This document shows positions 10,214-20,779 of a stretch of 64,000 bases of DNA, in pieces. The notes under the pieces were generated by a model that saw only the letters and a program-made list of their open reading frames with translations, was not told the origin of the DNA and made no database searches. The stretch comes from Pseudomonas flexibilis (GTDB taxonomy: Bacteria > Pseudomonadota > Gammaproteobacteria > Pseudomonadales > Pseudomonadaceae), in assembly GCF_000802425.1 (NCBI RefSeq), contig NZ_JRUD01000009.1, forward strand, positions 36,788-100,787. The letters are read 5' to 3'. A program made the translations under genes and the position numbers. Numbering within the stretch: the first letter of the stretch is position 1; each line of letters opens with the position of its first letter.

Positions 10214-10510
10214 TCAGGCGTAAAGATCGATGTAGTGCCGTGCGGGCGGCTCGTCGAGCAGAGCGGCAATGCGGCTGTAGCTGGACAGCGCCTCCAGCAC
10301 CTGGGCGCCGGGCGCAGCGAGCGGCGACAGGGTACGCAGGGCGTTCGGCGTGCGGGCCATGCGCTCGAACTCGGCTTCGCTGGGCACCAGCGCCGTCGCC
10401 TCGATCAGCGCGGGCAGGCGATCCATGTCGTCTGCGTCGGCCGCATGCGTACGGCCGGGGCGCCGAGCACGCGAGTGTTGGGAGAGGGGTCGAAATCCGT
10501 CGATGCGCAT
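10214..10510 (-). CDS. Small hypothetical protein (98 aa)
   Basis: Has GAGG 9 nt upstream of the ATG and is co-directional with its neighbours. The composition is only moderately protein-like, and high GC can produce spurious ORFs. Confidence 0.35.
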   Translation of the reverse strand: MRIDGFRPLSQHSRARRPGRTHAADADDMDRLPALIEATALVPSEAEFERMARTPNALRTLSPLAAPGAQVLEALSSYSRIAALLDEPPARHYIDLYA

Positions 10511-10640
10511 GGCTGAACCTCACAGGTGTCGCCACTCTATGCAGCGCCCCACCTCGATGCAACGCGCAGCCCGTGACCTGCCGCGCATCCTGACGGCTGA
10601 GACCGGCGTCGCCGGCGCAGGTTCACCGATTCGTGCATTC

Positions 10641-11315
10641 CTAGGCTTTTGGCGTGGCGACCTGGTCACGCAGGTAGACGGGCTGCGCCGCGTCGGCCGC
10701 CACGGCCTCGCCGCGCGCCCAGGCGAACTCGGCCAGGCGTAGTAGATCCTCGGCATGCGGCAGCAGGCTGGCATCCATACCCAACGACGGCCGCACGGCC
10801 AGGCGATCGGCAAAGGCCCAGCCGGTGCCGGCGCCGAACCACTCGCCGGCGGCGCCACGCGGCAGGGCCACCTGTTCGGGCGGTAGCACGGCCTCGACAC
10901 CGGCCAGGCGCATCTCGCCCGCCTCCAGGCAGTAGCAACCCCAGTACACCTCGTCCATGCGCGCGTCGATGGCCGCTGCCACCTGTTCGACGCCACGTTC
11001 GCGATGGGCGCGCTGGGCCAGCACCGCCAGGTTGGAGACCGGCAGCACCGGACGCTGCAGCGCGAAGGCCAGGCCCTGCACCACGCCGATGGCGATGCGC
11101 ACCCCAGTGAACGCGCCCGGGCCGCGCCCGAAAGCGATGGCGTCCACCGCGGACAGCGCGATGCCAGCCTCGCCGAGCAGCTCCTGCACCATCGGCAGCA
11201 GACGCTGGGCATGCAGGCGCGGGATCACGTCGTAGCGACTGAGCAGGCGGCCCTCGTGCAGCAGGGCAACGGAGCAGGCTTCGGTGGCGGTATCCAGGGC
11301 CAGCAGGGTGGTCAT
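10641..11315 (-). CDS. tsaB: tRNA threonylcarbamoyladenosine biosynthesis protein TsaB (YeaZ)
   Basis: MTTLLALDTATEACSVAL N-terminus and Kae1/YgjD-like fold, 224 aa. The internal start was used; the ORF-track extension is non-protein-like. Confidence 0.88.
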   Translation of the reverse strand: MTTLLALDTATEACSVALLHEGRLLSRYDVIPRLHAQRLLPMVQELLGEAGIALSAVDAIAFGRGPGAFTGVRIAIGVVQGLAFALQRPVLPVSNLAVLAQRAHRERGVEQVAAAIDARMDEVYWGCYCLEAGEMRLAGVEAVLPPEQVALPRGAAGEWFGAGTGWAFADRLAVRPSLGMDASLLPHAEDLLRLAEFAWARGEAVAADAAQPVYLRDQVATPKA

Positions 11316-11400
11316 CACATCGTCCGGTGGGAAATAAAGGGGCGGCATTATAAGCCCGTCCGCTGGCGATCGTGTGCCGGAATCGCCGAACGCCGGAAAC

Positions 11401-11428
11401 GACAACGGCCCGCAAGCGGGCCGTTGTC
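11401..11428 (-). terminator. GC-rich 12-bp stem-loop immediately downstream of adk
   Basis: Inverted repeat GACAACGGCCCG / CGGGCCGTTGTC with loop CAAG, about 20 nt after the adk stop. The U-tract is weak (GTTTCC). Confidence 0.4.
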
Positions 11429-11446
11429 GAAATGCCGGAGAGCCGA

Positions 11447-12109
<663 letters not shown>

Positions 12110-12250
12110 TTAGGTAATCAGGAAGTCTAATAGCCCGTCAGAGGGCCAACCCGTTATAAGGGGGCTGGGCAGTGGCGCGACCGAAAAAGGCCGTTCAAGA
12201 TACACAGCGCCTATCTCGCGTACAAGCGCCTACCCGGCGTGGCCTCTTCC

Positions 12251-14887
12251 CTATCCCGTGTTGCGCAGTCCGGCGGCGATACCCGCCACACTGACCAGCA
12301 GCGCCTGCTCGACCGGCGGGTGAACCTCCGTGCCGGACTGGCGGGAACGGGCCAGAAGCTCGGCCTGCAGCAGATGCAGCGGATCCAGATAGGTGTTGCG
12401 CACACTGATGAACTCGAGGGTCTGCGGGTTGTGCTCGAACACCCGTGACTGACCAGTCAGATCGAGTACTACCTGCTCAGCCTGCGACAATAGGTCGCGC
12501 AATTCCTGGCCCAGGGGTCGCAGCTCATCGCACACCAGACGCTCGTCGTAAAGGCGCGCGATCTCGTCATCGGCCTTGGCCAGCACCATCTCCAGCATGT
12601 CCAGCCGGGCACGGAAGAACGGCCAGTGCGCGCGCATGTCCTGCAACAGGGCACCTTCCCCGCGCTGCAACGCGTTGCGCAGCGCCGTCTCCCAACCCAG
12701 CCAGGCCGGCAGCATCAGCCGGGTCTGGGTCCAGGCGAAGATCCAGGGAATGGCCCGCAGACTCTCGATGCCGCCCTCGCGCCGCCGTGCGGGCCGGCTG
12801 CCCAGCGGCAGGCGCGCCAGCTCCTGTTCGGGCGTGGCCTGGCGAAAATACTCCAGGAAGCCGGGATGTTCGCGCACCACGCCCCGGTAAGCGGCCAGCG
12901 CATCGGCGGACAGGCGCTCCATCTCCTCGCGCCATTCCGGCTCCGGCTCGGGCGGCGGCGCCACGGTCGCTTCCAGCACGGCGGCCAGGTACAGCTTGAG
13001 GTTCTGCACGGCGATCTGCGGCAACCCGAACTTGAACCGGATCATCTCGCCCTGTTCGGTGGTGCGGAACCGCCCGGCCACTGAGCCCGGGGGCTGGGAC
13101 AGAATGGCGGCGTGGGCCGGTCCGCCGCCGCGCCCCACCGTGCCGCCGCGCCCGTGGAACAGCAGCAGCTCGACGCCCTGCTCCCCGCACAGCGTCACCA
13201 GTTCTTCCTGGGCCCGGTACTGCGCCCAGGCGGCGGCCAGGGTGCCGGCGTCCTTGGCCGAATCCGAGTAGCCGATCATCACCTCCTGCGGGCCGGCCAG
13301 CCGGGCGCGATAGCTCGGCAGGGCCAGCAGGCGCGCCATGACCTCCCGCGCGCCGCGCAGGTCGGCAAGGGTTTCGAACAGCGGCACCACGCGCATCGGC
13401 CGACGCAGGCCGGCCTCCTTGAGCAGCAGCTGCACCGCCAGCACATCCGAGGCGGCGCCGGCCATGGAGATGACGTAGGAGCCGAGGGCCGCTGCCGGCG
13501 TCGCGGCGATCAGCCGGCAGGTAGCGAGCACCTCGGCGTTCTCCGGTGCCAGCGGCTGGTCGACCGGCAGCAGCGGACGCGGGTTGTCCAGCTCGCGCAC
13601 CAGGAAGTCGAGACGCTGCGCCTCGTCCCACTCCGAGTAATGGCCCAGGCCGAGGAAGCGGGTGATCTCGTCCAGCGCGGCCGCGTGACGGCCGGCTTCC
13701 TGGCGGATGTCCAGGCGCACCAGGTGCAGACCGAACACCGCCGCCCGGCGCAGGCAGTCGAGCAGGCGGCCATCGGCGATCACCGCCATGCCGCACGCGC
13801 ACAGCGAGCGGTAACAGAGCGCCAGCGGCGCATACAGCTCGTGCTGGTCGCGCAAAACGCCCTCGGGCTCCGGCACCGGTCGGCGCAGGCAGGCCTCGGC
13901 CCAGTCACGGGTAATACGCAGGCGCTCGCGCAACGGCTTGAGCAGTACCCGGTAGGGCTCTGCGTGGTCACCTACGGCGTCTCGCAACTCGGCGCTGGCA
14001 TCCTGCATGGACAATTCGACCTGCAGCCGGTCGATGTCGCGCAGGTGCAGGTCGGCCGCCATCCAGCGCGCCAGCAGCAGCACCTGGCGGCTGACCTCGG
14101 CGGTGACGTTCGGATTGCCGTCGCGGTCGCCACCCATCCAGGAAGCGAAGCGCACCGGCACCGCCTCCAACGGCAGGCGCTGGCCGCAGTGGGTCAGGAG
14201 CGCGTCGTCGAGATCGCGCAGCATGTCCGGCACCGCGCGCCACAGGGAATGCTCGATGACCGCGAAGCCCCACTTGGCCTCGTCCAGCGGCGTGGGCCGC
14301 TGGCGGCGGATTTCCTCGGTGTGCCAGGCCTCGGCGATCAGGCGGCGCAGGCGCAGCCGGCTGGCGGCCCGCTCGCGCTCGGTGAGGTCGTCGTGATCGC
14401 TCGCAGCCAGCTCGGCGGCGATGGCATCGTATTTCTGAATCAGGCTGCGGCGCGCCACTTCGGTGGGATGCGCGGTGAGCACCAGCTCGATATCCAGACC
14501 TGCCAGCCGGCTCGCCAGCTCCGCGGGATCGGCGCCGCCGGCCAGCAGGCGCGGCAGCAGCTCGTCCAGCACACGGTTTTCGAACGGCTCCGGCTCGCCC
14601 GGTGCCTGGCGGCGCACCTGGTGGTGCTGTTCGGCCATATTGGCCAGGTTGAGGAACTGGTTGAAGGCCCGCGCCACCGGCAGCAACTCATCCTCGCGCA
14701 GGCCGTCCAGGGTCTCGCCCAACTGATCGGCGGCGGCCTGGGAACCGCGCCGCCCGCCCTTGGCACCGGTGCGAATGCGTTCGATCTTGTCCAGGAAGGC
14801 GTCGCCCAGCTGGGCACGAATGGTCTCGCCAAGCAGTTCACCCAGCAGGTGAACCTCTTCTCGCAGGCGTGCGTCGATCTCCGTCAT
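12251..14887 (-). CDS. ppc: Phosphoenolpyruvate carboxylase
   Basis: The 878-aa product carries hallmark PEPC motifs ([22 protein letters not shown], a C-terminal ...QNTG end). Confidence 0.97.
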   Translation of the reverse strand: MTEIDARLREEVHLLGELLGETIRAQLGDAFLDKIERIRTGAKGGRRGSQAAADQLGETLDGLREDELLPVARAFNQFLNLANMAEQHHQVRRQAPGEPEPFENRVLDELLPRLLAGGADPAELASRLAGLDIELVLTAHPTEVARRSLIQKYDAIAAELAASDHDDLTERERAASRLRLRRLIAEAWHTEEIRRQRPTPLDEAKWGFAVIEHSLWRAVPDMLRDLDDALLTHCGQRLPLEAVPVRFASWMGGDRDGNPNVTAEVSRQVLLLARWMAADLHLRDIDRLQVELSMQDASAELRDAVGDHAEPYRVLLKPLRERLRITRDWAEACLRRPVPEPEGVLRDQHELYAPLALCYRSLCACGMAVIADGRLLDCLRRAAVFGLHLVRLDIRQEAGRHAAALDEITRFLGLGHYSEWDEAQRLDFLVRELDNPRPLLPVDQPLAPENAEVLATCRLIAATPAAALGSYVISMAGAASDVLAVQLLLKEAGLRRPMRVVPLFETLADLRGAREVMARLLALPSYRARLAGPQEVMIGYSDSAKDAGTLAAAWAQYRAQEELVTLCGEQGVELLLFHGRGGTVGRGGGPAHAAILSQPPGSVAGRFRTTEQGEMIRFKFGLPQIAVQNLKLYLAAVLEATVAPPPEPEPEWREEMERLSADALAAYRGVVREHPGFLEYFRQATPEQELARLPLGSRPARRREGGIESLRAIPWIFAWTQTRLMLPAWLGWETALRNALQRGEGALLQDMRAHWPFFRARLDMLEMVLAKADDEIARLYDERLVCDELRPLGQELRDLLSQAEQVVLDLTGQSRVFEHNPQTLEFISVRNTYLDPLHLLQAELLARSRQSGTEVHPPVEQALLVSVAGIAAGLRNTG

Positions 14888-15008
14888 GGCTGCTCCTCCA
14901 GGCGCGATGCATCCAGCCTGAACAGTGCGACAGACAATTACAAGCCGCCGCGCCGACCACGGGCTGAACTAGCCTTGCAATAGACAACGGATGCGTGGGG
15001 GACACGCC

Positions 15009-15347
15009 ATGAAGATTCGCGAACTGATCGGGCACTGGGAACAGAACGCCAGGGGCCAGTTGACCCAGGAAACCTATTGCCTGCACCTGGACCTGGAGTC
15101 GGCCGCGCGCCTCAACGCGCTGGCCGAGATGTACCCCAAGCGCAACGTGGAGGTGCTGCTGGGCGAGCTGGTGTCAGCCGCCCTGGAGGAACTGGAAGCC
15201 AGTCTGCCCTACGTCAAGGGCAGCAAGGTGGTGGCGGTGGACGAACAGGGCGATCCGCTCTACGAGGACATCGGTCCCACCCCACGCTTCCTGGCGCTGT
15301 CCCGGCAGTACCTGCAGCGCCTCAGCGAGGGGCAGAAGCCCCACTGA
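15009..15347 (+). CDS. Hypothetical protein (112 aa)
   Basis: Protein-like composition and a GGGGGA RBS 8 nt upstream of the ATG at 15009. The ORF-track start at 14991 has no RBS. Confidence 0.5.
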   Translation: MKIRELIGHWEQNARGQLTQETYCLHLDLESAARLNALAEMYPKRNVEVLLGELVSAALEELEASLPYVKGSKVVAVDEQGDPLYEDIGPTPRFLALSRQYLQRLSEGQKPH

Positions 15348-15353
15348 TCCCGC

Positions 15354-15680
15354 TTACTCGGTGATGACCTGCGGGGTTTCCTGACCCATGCAGCGCACCG
15401 CCTGCTTGCGGTCATCGACCAGCACGCCAGTGAGGCCTTTCTGCTTGGTGTCGAACAGCACCAGCACGCCATCAATGCACTGGGCAACCTGGTCCGCCGG
15501 CTTCAGGGACAGCCGGTAATCCTCCCCGGGCACGGTCTTGAGCATGGTGAACTCCGCCAGCAGCAGCGCGTCCTGCGGCTTGGCGAAATGCACGTAGCCG
15601 TAGTAGCTGAGTACCGCGACGGTACCCACCACGGAACCCACGGCGGTGAGGATGTAGGGGATGAGATTGCGCTCGGCCAT
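15354..15680 (-). CDS. Small membrane-anchored hypothetical protein (108 aa)
   Basis: One N-terminal TM helix (LIPYILTAVGSVVGTVAVLSYYGYV) followed by a soluble domain. The upstream part of the track ORF is junk-like. Confidence 0.45.
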   Translation of the reverse strand: MAERNLIPYILTAVGSVVGTVAVLSYYGYVHFAKPQDALLLAEFTMLKTVPGEDYRLSLKPADQVAQCIDGVLVLFDTKQKGLTGVLVDDRKQAVRCMGQETPQVITE

Positions 15681-15860
15681 GCTCGTATCCGGATTCAGCG
15701 AAAAGGGAGGCAAGCTTATAGGCCCGGGGGCGGAGCGGGAAGCCTGATGGCGCGGCTCGCGTGGAGGCCACACCTGGAAGCCCGCGGACACATCCGCCCA
15801 CAGCTCCGCAGTGTTTCTGTGGGAGCGGACTTGTCCGCGAGCTTTTCGGGCGCGCCCACC

Positions 15861-17150
15861 CTAGAGGATATTCGCGTAATCCGCCTCGACCCGGTCCAGG
15901 CTCAGGTGGTTGAGGAAGTTGGAGAAGCACATCCAGGCCGACAACGCGTTCAGATCCCGGAACTGCGCCGGCAGGTACTTGGGCGGCGCCACCAACCCCT
16001 CCTCCACCAGCTGGCGCAGGGTGCGCATGTCTTCCAGAGTGGCCTTGCCGCAGAACAGCAGCGGGATCTGCTCCAGCTTGCCCTGGCGCACCGCCAGCTG
16101 GATGTAGTTGTAGATGAGGATGAAACCCTTCAGGTAGGACAGGTCCTTGGTGAACGGCAGGCCGTCCGGCGCCGAGCCGCGGAACACGCGGCTGGCGTTG
16201 CCGTAGCTGTCGTCCTCGCCGTAACCCTGGGCCAGGAAGAAGCGGTAGACGTCGATGAAATCGGCGCCCTCCTCGGCCATGTGAATGGCCCGGGTGCGGT
16301 TGGTCAGCTTGCGCAGGCGCGACGGGTACGAGGCGAAGGCGATCACTTCCATAAGAATCGCCAGGCCCTCCTGGGTCACTGTGGAGGTTGGCGGGCCCTT
16401 GGCCAGGAAGGTGCAGATCGGCTGATTGAGACCGTTCAGCGTGGTGCCCACGTGCACCAGGCCCTCATGCACTTCCAGAGCCTGCAGGTCGCGCTCGTTG
16501 AACATCGCGTCGCTGCGGATCTTGATGTAGTCGGCGCCGGCCGCCGCGTCAGCGACGATGCCGTCGGACTCGAAGACCCGCACCACGCCCTCCCCCTCGC
16601 CTTCGCCGAACACCCGGTCCAGGCGCCACTGGAGGATTTCCACTGCCTGGGCGGCGTTGAGGGTCTTGGGCTCATCGGCCAGGTCGCCCCGGCTGGCGAT
16701 GTTGTTCAGGTAGTCGGAGAGCATCAGCCCCAGGTCGGCCAGCGTCGGATCACCGGCGTGGAAGGCGTCCGAGGCCGCGCCGTACAGCTCCTGGGAGATC
16801 AGCCCGAAATCGCTGGTGCCGCGCGCCTCCAACATGCGAATGACCATGCGGTACTCGCGGCACATGCGCCGCATGATCTGCCCGACCGGGCTGAACTGGC
16901 CGAGCTGACGGGTGATGTCCCGCTCGATTTCCTGGAACTCGCGCTTCTTGGCCTCGGCATCGAAGGCCAGCGGCCGGGTGTGGTAGTAGCTGCGGTCCAC
17001 CTCGGGTAGCCGCTGGCCTCCCGAGGCGAGGAACGCCCGGCGGACCGAATCGTCCCACTTCACCGCATCCAGGATACGGATCGGCGCCTGCGCCTCGACC
17101 AGGCGATCGGAGAGGTCACGCACCGTCTGCTGATAAGGGTCCAGCGGCAT
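15861..17150 (-). CDS. Flavohemoglobin expression-modulating QEGLA-motif protein (DUF1704 family)
   Basis: Contains the eponymous TQEGLAILMEV motif and family-typical length of 429 aa. Confidence 0.75.
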   Translation of the reverse strand: MPLDPYQQTVRDLSDRLVEAQAPIRILDAVKWDDSVRRAFLASGGQRLPEVDRSYYHTRPLAFDAEAKKREFQEIERDITRQLGQFSPVGQIMRRMCREYRMVIRMLEARGTSDFGLISQELYGAASDAFHAGDPTLADLGLMLSDYLNNIASRGDLADEPKTLNAAQAVEILQWRLDRVFGEGEGEGVVRVFESDGIVADAAAGADYIKIRSDAMFNERDLQALEVHEGLVHVGTTLNGLNQPICTFLAKGPPTSTVTQEGLAILMEVIAFASYPSRLRKLTNRTRAIHMAEEGADFIDVYRFFLAQGYGEDDSYGNASRVFRGSAPDGLPFTKDLSYLKGFILIYNYIQLAVRQGKLEQIPLLFCGKATLEDMRTLRQLVEEGLVAPPKYLPAQFRDLNALSAWMCFSNFLNHLSLDRVEADYANIL

Positions 17151-17156
17151 ACTTCC

Positions 17157-17708
17157 TCACTGCTCGACGCGTTGCAGGCGCGCCACTTCAACGAAAACGT
17201 CGGCGTTGGCCGGATCGTCCAGGTAACCGAAGACCTCGGCTAGCGCCGAGCGGATCAGCACGCCCTCGCCCTCGGCAGTTTCCACCGCTTCGCCGGCCAG
17301 CCGCCCGGCCTCGACTTCCCGCAACAGGCGCGCCACGTCCAGGTTGAACAGCACCAGCTCACCGCCGCGGGCCAGTTCGAAGCCGAGGATGGCGAAATTT
17401 CCGCCCAGTTTGCGCGGCAGGCCGGCCGACAGGTACCAGCGCCGACCGTGGCGGGCAACGGTGAAGCCATATTCTTCGGCGCTGTCGAGGTTGTCCGGAT
17501 CACCCTCGGTGCGCACCGCCCGGTACTGGTGGTTACCCACCCGGCTGATGCGCAGGAACAGCTCATCACCCCATTCATCCTCGCCCTGCCAGACGCCAAG
17601 CAGCGGAATGGGCGCCGCCTCGCTGGCCGGCAGCGGTTCACGGAAGGTCACCAGGCAGCCGCCCAACAGCAGCAGCGACGCCATCACCAGCGCGCGCGAG
17701 ATGCGCAT
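17157..17708 (-). CDS. Lipoprotein, hypothetical (183 aa)
   Basis: Signal peptide with lipobox (LLLLGGC). AAGGAGAG RBS precedes the ATG at 17708. The gene is 6 nt downstream of the QEGLA gene. Confidence 0.65.
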   Translation of the reverse strand: MRISRALVMASLLLLGGCLVTFREPLPASEAAPIPLLGVWQGEDEWGDELFLRISRVGNHQYRAVRTEGDPDNLDSAEEYGFTVARHGRRWYLSAGLPRKLGGNFAILGFELARGGELVLFNLDVARLLREVEAGRLAGEAVETAEGEGVLIRSALAEVFGYLDDPANADVFVEVARLQRVEQ

Positions 17709-17802
17709 GCTCTTCTCTCCTTGTCGAAACGACGTGAACCAAGCGTAGTCGGTGGTCTTGCGGCAGCGATCTTCCGCCCACCGGGCGCAGCCGTCAAACG
17801 CC

Positions 17803-17830
17803 CACAAAAAACCGCCCGAAGGCGGTTTCT
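17803..17830 (-). terminator. Rho-independent terminator downstream of lysS
   Basis: On the minus strand: GAAACCGCC-TTCG-GGCGGTTTTTTGTGG. A perfect GC stem plus a U-tract sits 12 nt after the lysS stop. Confidence 0.65.
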
Positions 17831-17841
17831 CGTAGGAGCGA

Positions 17842-19344
17842 TCAGTTCTGCGGGCGCATGTGCGGGAACAGGATCACATCGCGGATCGACGGCGAGTTGG
17901 TCAGCAGCATCACCAGGCGGTCGATGCCGATGCCCTCACCGGCGGTCGGAGGCATGCCGTATTCCAGGGCGCGCACGAAGTCGGCATCGAAGTGCATGGC
18001 CTCGTCGTCGCCGGCGTCCTTGTCCTTGACCTGCTGCATGAAGCGGTCGGCCTGGTCTTCGGCGTCGTTGAGCTCCGAGTAGGCGTTGGCGATCTCGCGG
18101 CCGCCGATGAACAGCTCGAAGCGGTCGGTGACGCTGGGATCGTCGTCGGAGCGACGCGCCAGCGGCGAGACTTCGAACGGGTAGCGGGTGATGAAGGTGG
18201 GCTGCTCCAACTTGTGCTCCACCAGCTCCTCGAAAATCATCGTCTGCAGCTTGCCCAGGCCCTCGAAGCCCTTCACGTCGGCGCCCGCCTTCTTGGCGAT
18301 GGCGCGGCACTTCTCGACGTCCTGCAGGTCGTCCGCAGAGATTTCCGGGTTGAACTTGAGGATCGAGTCGAACACCGACAGGCGTGCGAACGGCTCGCCG
18401 AAATGGAACACCTTGTCGCCGTAGGGCACGTCGGTGCTGCCGAGCACAGCGAGGGCCAGCTCGCGGAACAGCTCCTCGGTGAGGTCCATGTTGTCCTCGT
18501 AGTCCGCGTACGCGTGGTAGAACTCGAGCATGGTGAACTCGGGGTTGTGCCGCGTGGACACGCCCTCGTTGCGGAAGTTGCGGTTGATTTCGAAGACCTT
18601 TTCGAAGCCCCCGACCACCAGGCGCTTGAGGTACAGCTCCGGCGCGATGCGCAGGTACATCGGCAGGTCCAGCGCGTTGTGGTGGGTCTCGAACGGCTTG
18701 GCCGCCGCGCCGCCCGGGATCACCTGCAGCATCGGGGTTTCCACTTCGAGGAAGCCGCGCTCAGCGAGGAACTTGCGGATGTGGGCGATGACCTGGGAAC
18801 GCACGCGGAAGGTCTGGCGGGTTTCCTCGTTGACGATCAGGTCGACGTAGCGCTGACGATAGCGCTGCTCGGTGTCGGTCAGGCCGTGGTGCTTGTCCGG
18901 CAGCGGGCGCAACGACTTGGTCAGCAGGCGTACCTTCTCCATGTGCACGAACAGGTCGCCCTTGTTGGAGCGCTGCACGGTGCCCTCGGCGCCGATGATG
19001 TCGCCCAGGTCCCAGGTCTTGATCTCGGCCAGGGTCTCTTCCGGCAGGGTCTTGCGATCCACATACACCTGGATGCGCGCGCTGGTGTCCTGGATGACCA
19101 TGAAGGCGCCACGGTTGAGCATGATGCGCCCCGCCACCTTGACCGGGATGCGTTCCGCTTCCAACTCTTCCCGGGTCTTGTCCGCGTAGTTCTGCAGGAT
19201 GTCGCCAGCCAGGCAGTCGCGGCGGAAGTCGTTGGGGAAGACATTGCCCTTGGCGCGCTCGGCGGCAAGTTTTTCCTTGCGCTGGGCGATCAGGCGGTTT
19301 TCTTCCTCATGCAGGGCGTGCGGGTTCAGCGGTTGTTCGCTCAT
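17842..19344 (-). CDS. lysS: Lysine--tRNA ligase (class II)
   Basis: The 500-aa product has an OB-fold anticodon-binding N-domain and class-II motifs 1-3 (FRNEG, GGxxxG..ERL). It lies downstream of prfB, the conserved prfB-lysS arrangement. Confidence 0.97.
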   Translation of the reverse strand: MSEQPLNPHALHEEENRLIAQRKEKLAAERAKGNVFPNDFRRDCLAGDILQNYADKTREELEAERIPVKVAGRIMLNRGAFMVIQDTSARIQVYVDRKTLPEETLAEIKTWDLGDIIGAEGTVQRSNKGDLFVHMEKVRLLTKSLRPLPDKHHGLTDTEQRYRQRYVDLIVNEETRQTFRVRSQVIAHIRKFLAERGFLEVETPMLQVIPGGAAAKPFETHHNALDLPMYLRIAPELYLKRLVVGGFEKVFEINRNFRNEGVSTRHNPEFTMLEFYHAYADYEDNMDLTEELFRELALAVLGSTDVPYGDKVFHFGEPFARLSVFDSILKFNPEISADDLQDVEKCRAIAKKAGADVKGFEGLGKLQTMIFEELVEHKLEQPTFITRYPFEVSPLARRSDDDPSVTDRFELFIGGREIANAYSELNDAEDQADRFMQQVKDKDAGDDEAMHFDADFVRALEYGMPPTAGEGIGIDRLVMLLTNSPSIRDVILFPHMRPQN

Positions 19345-19446
19345 GGTGTCTGTGTTTCCCGTCAGGGCGCGGCCGGTGCCGCGTCATCGCTGGGTGCGCG
19401 GGGCGCACCGGGTTGTTTCGTCTGCACGAAGGCAGGCATTCGAATC

Positions 19447-19469
19447 GGGGCATGCCACGCGCATGCCCC
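19447..19469 (-). other. Palindromic GC hairpin (GGGGCATG-N7-CATGCCCC) in the prfB-lysS spacer
   Basis: Seen directly in the sequence, 10 nt downstream of the prfB stop, with no U-tract. It is more likely an mRNA stability or processing hairpin than a terminator. Confidence 0.3.
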
Positions 19470-19478
19470 GGGATGTGC

Positions 19479-20574
19479 TTACAGGCCCTGTTTCAGGCTG
19501 GCCTCGATGAACTCGTCCAGATCGCCGTCGAGCACCGCGTCGCAGTTGCTCTCCTCGATGCCGGTGCGCAGGTCCTTGATGCGCGACTGGTCAAGCACGT
19601 AGGAGCGGATCTGGTGACCCCAGCCGATGTCCGACTTGGTGTCTTCCAGGGCCTGGGAGGCCTCGCGACGCTTCTGCATTTCCAGCTCGTACAACTTGGC
19701 ACGCAACATCTTGAAGGCGCGGTCCTTGTTGGCGTGCTGTGAGCGTTCGTTCTGGCAGCTCACCACGGTGTTGGTCGGCAGGTGGGTGATACGCACCGCA
19801 GAGTCGGTGGTGTTCACGTGCTGGCCACCGGCGCCCGAGGAGCGGTAGGTGTCGATGCGCAGGTCCGCCGGGTTGATCTCGATCTCGATGTTGTCGTCGA
19901 TTTCCGGCGAGGCGAACACCGCCGTGAACGAGGTGTGGCGGCGGTTGCCGGAGTCGAACGGGCTCTTGCGCACCAGGCGGTGCACGCCGATCTCGGTGCG
20001 CAACCAGCCGAAGGCGTACTCGCCACGGATGTGCACGGTGGCACTCTTGATGCCGGCGACTTCGCCCTCGGTGAGTTCGACGATTTCCGCATCGAAGCCA
20101 TGCTTGGCAGCCCAGCGCAGGTACATGCGCAGCAGCATGTTGGCCCAGTCCTGGGCCTCGGTGCCGCCGGAGCCTGCCACGATATCGAGGAAGGCGTTGC
20201 TGGCGTCCATCTCGCCGCTGAACATGCGGCGGAATTCCAGCTTTTCCAGGGATTCGCGCAGGCGCGCCAGCTCGGAGACCACATCGTTCACCGCGCCTTC
20301 GTCGTTTTCCTCGACGGCCATGTCCAGCAGCTCGCGGGAGTCGGCCAGGCCACTACTCAGTTCGTCCAGGGTCTCGACGATCTGCGCCAGCGTGGAGCGC
20401 TCGCGGCCCAGATTCTGGGCATATTCAGGATTGTTCCAGACGTTCGGGTCTTCGAGTTCGCGGTTTACTTCGACCAGGCGATCAGCTTTCTGATCGTAGT
20501 CAAAGATACCCCCGAATGGTCTGGGTCCGTTCGGACAGGTCCTTGATGCTGTTCAGGATCGGATTGATTTCCAT
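19479..20574 (-). CDS. prfB: Peptide chain release factor 2, translated with a programmed +1 ribosomal frameshift
   Basis: An N-terminal 24-codon ORF ([24 protein letters not shown]) ends at the in-frame UGA of CTT TGA C (20505..20499, minus strand). The +1 frame continues with DYDQKADRL... into the 280-aa ORF that carries the GGQ motif ([10 protein letters not shown]). An internal SD-like GGGGG lies 3 nt upstream of the shift site. Confidence 0.93.
20497..20505 (-). other. prfB +1 frameshift site: CTT TGA C (in-frame UGA at 20502..20500, shifty CUU at 20505..20503)
   Basis: Direct reading of the minus strand. The RF2 autoregulatory frameshift cassette is classical. Confidence 0.9.
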
Positions 20575-20779
20575 GGCAGGCGGCACTCGCAGATGAAGCT
20601 TCGGAAAAGCCGGCGAGTATACCCCAGCGAACTGCGGCTGACAGCACGCCGGGCGACGGGATTCGTCCGCACCACGGTGGCCACCGGCGCCGGATCAAGC
20701 GGGTCGCCAGCTACTAGACTGACGCGACTCGCCCGACATTTCGACGACCCCGCCAACCGAGCCCACAAGAGGGAACACC

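Noticed and set aside
13112-14983. 623-aa plus-strand ORF
   Set aside because: It is antisense to ppc, with junk-like composition typical of high-GC shadow ORFs.
17860-19602. 580-aa plus-strand ORF
   Set aside because: It is antisense to lysS and prfB, with junk-like composition.
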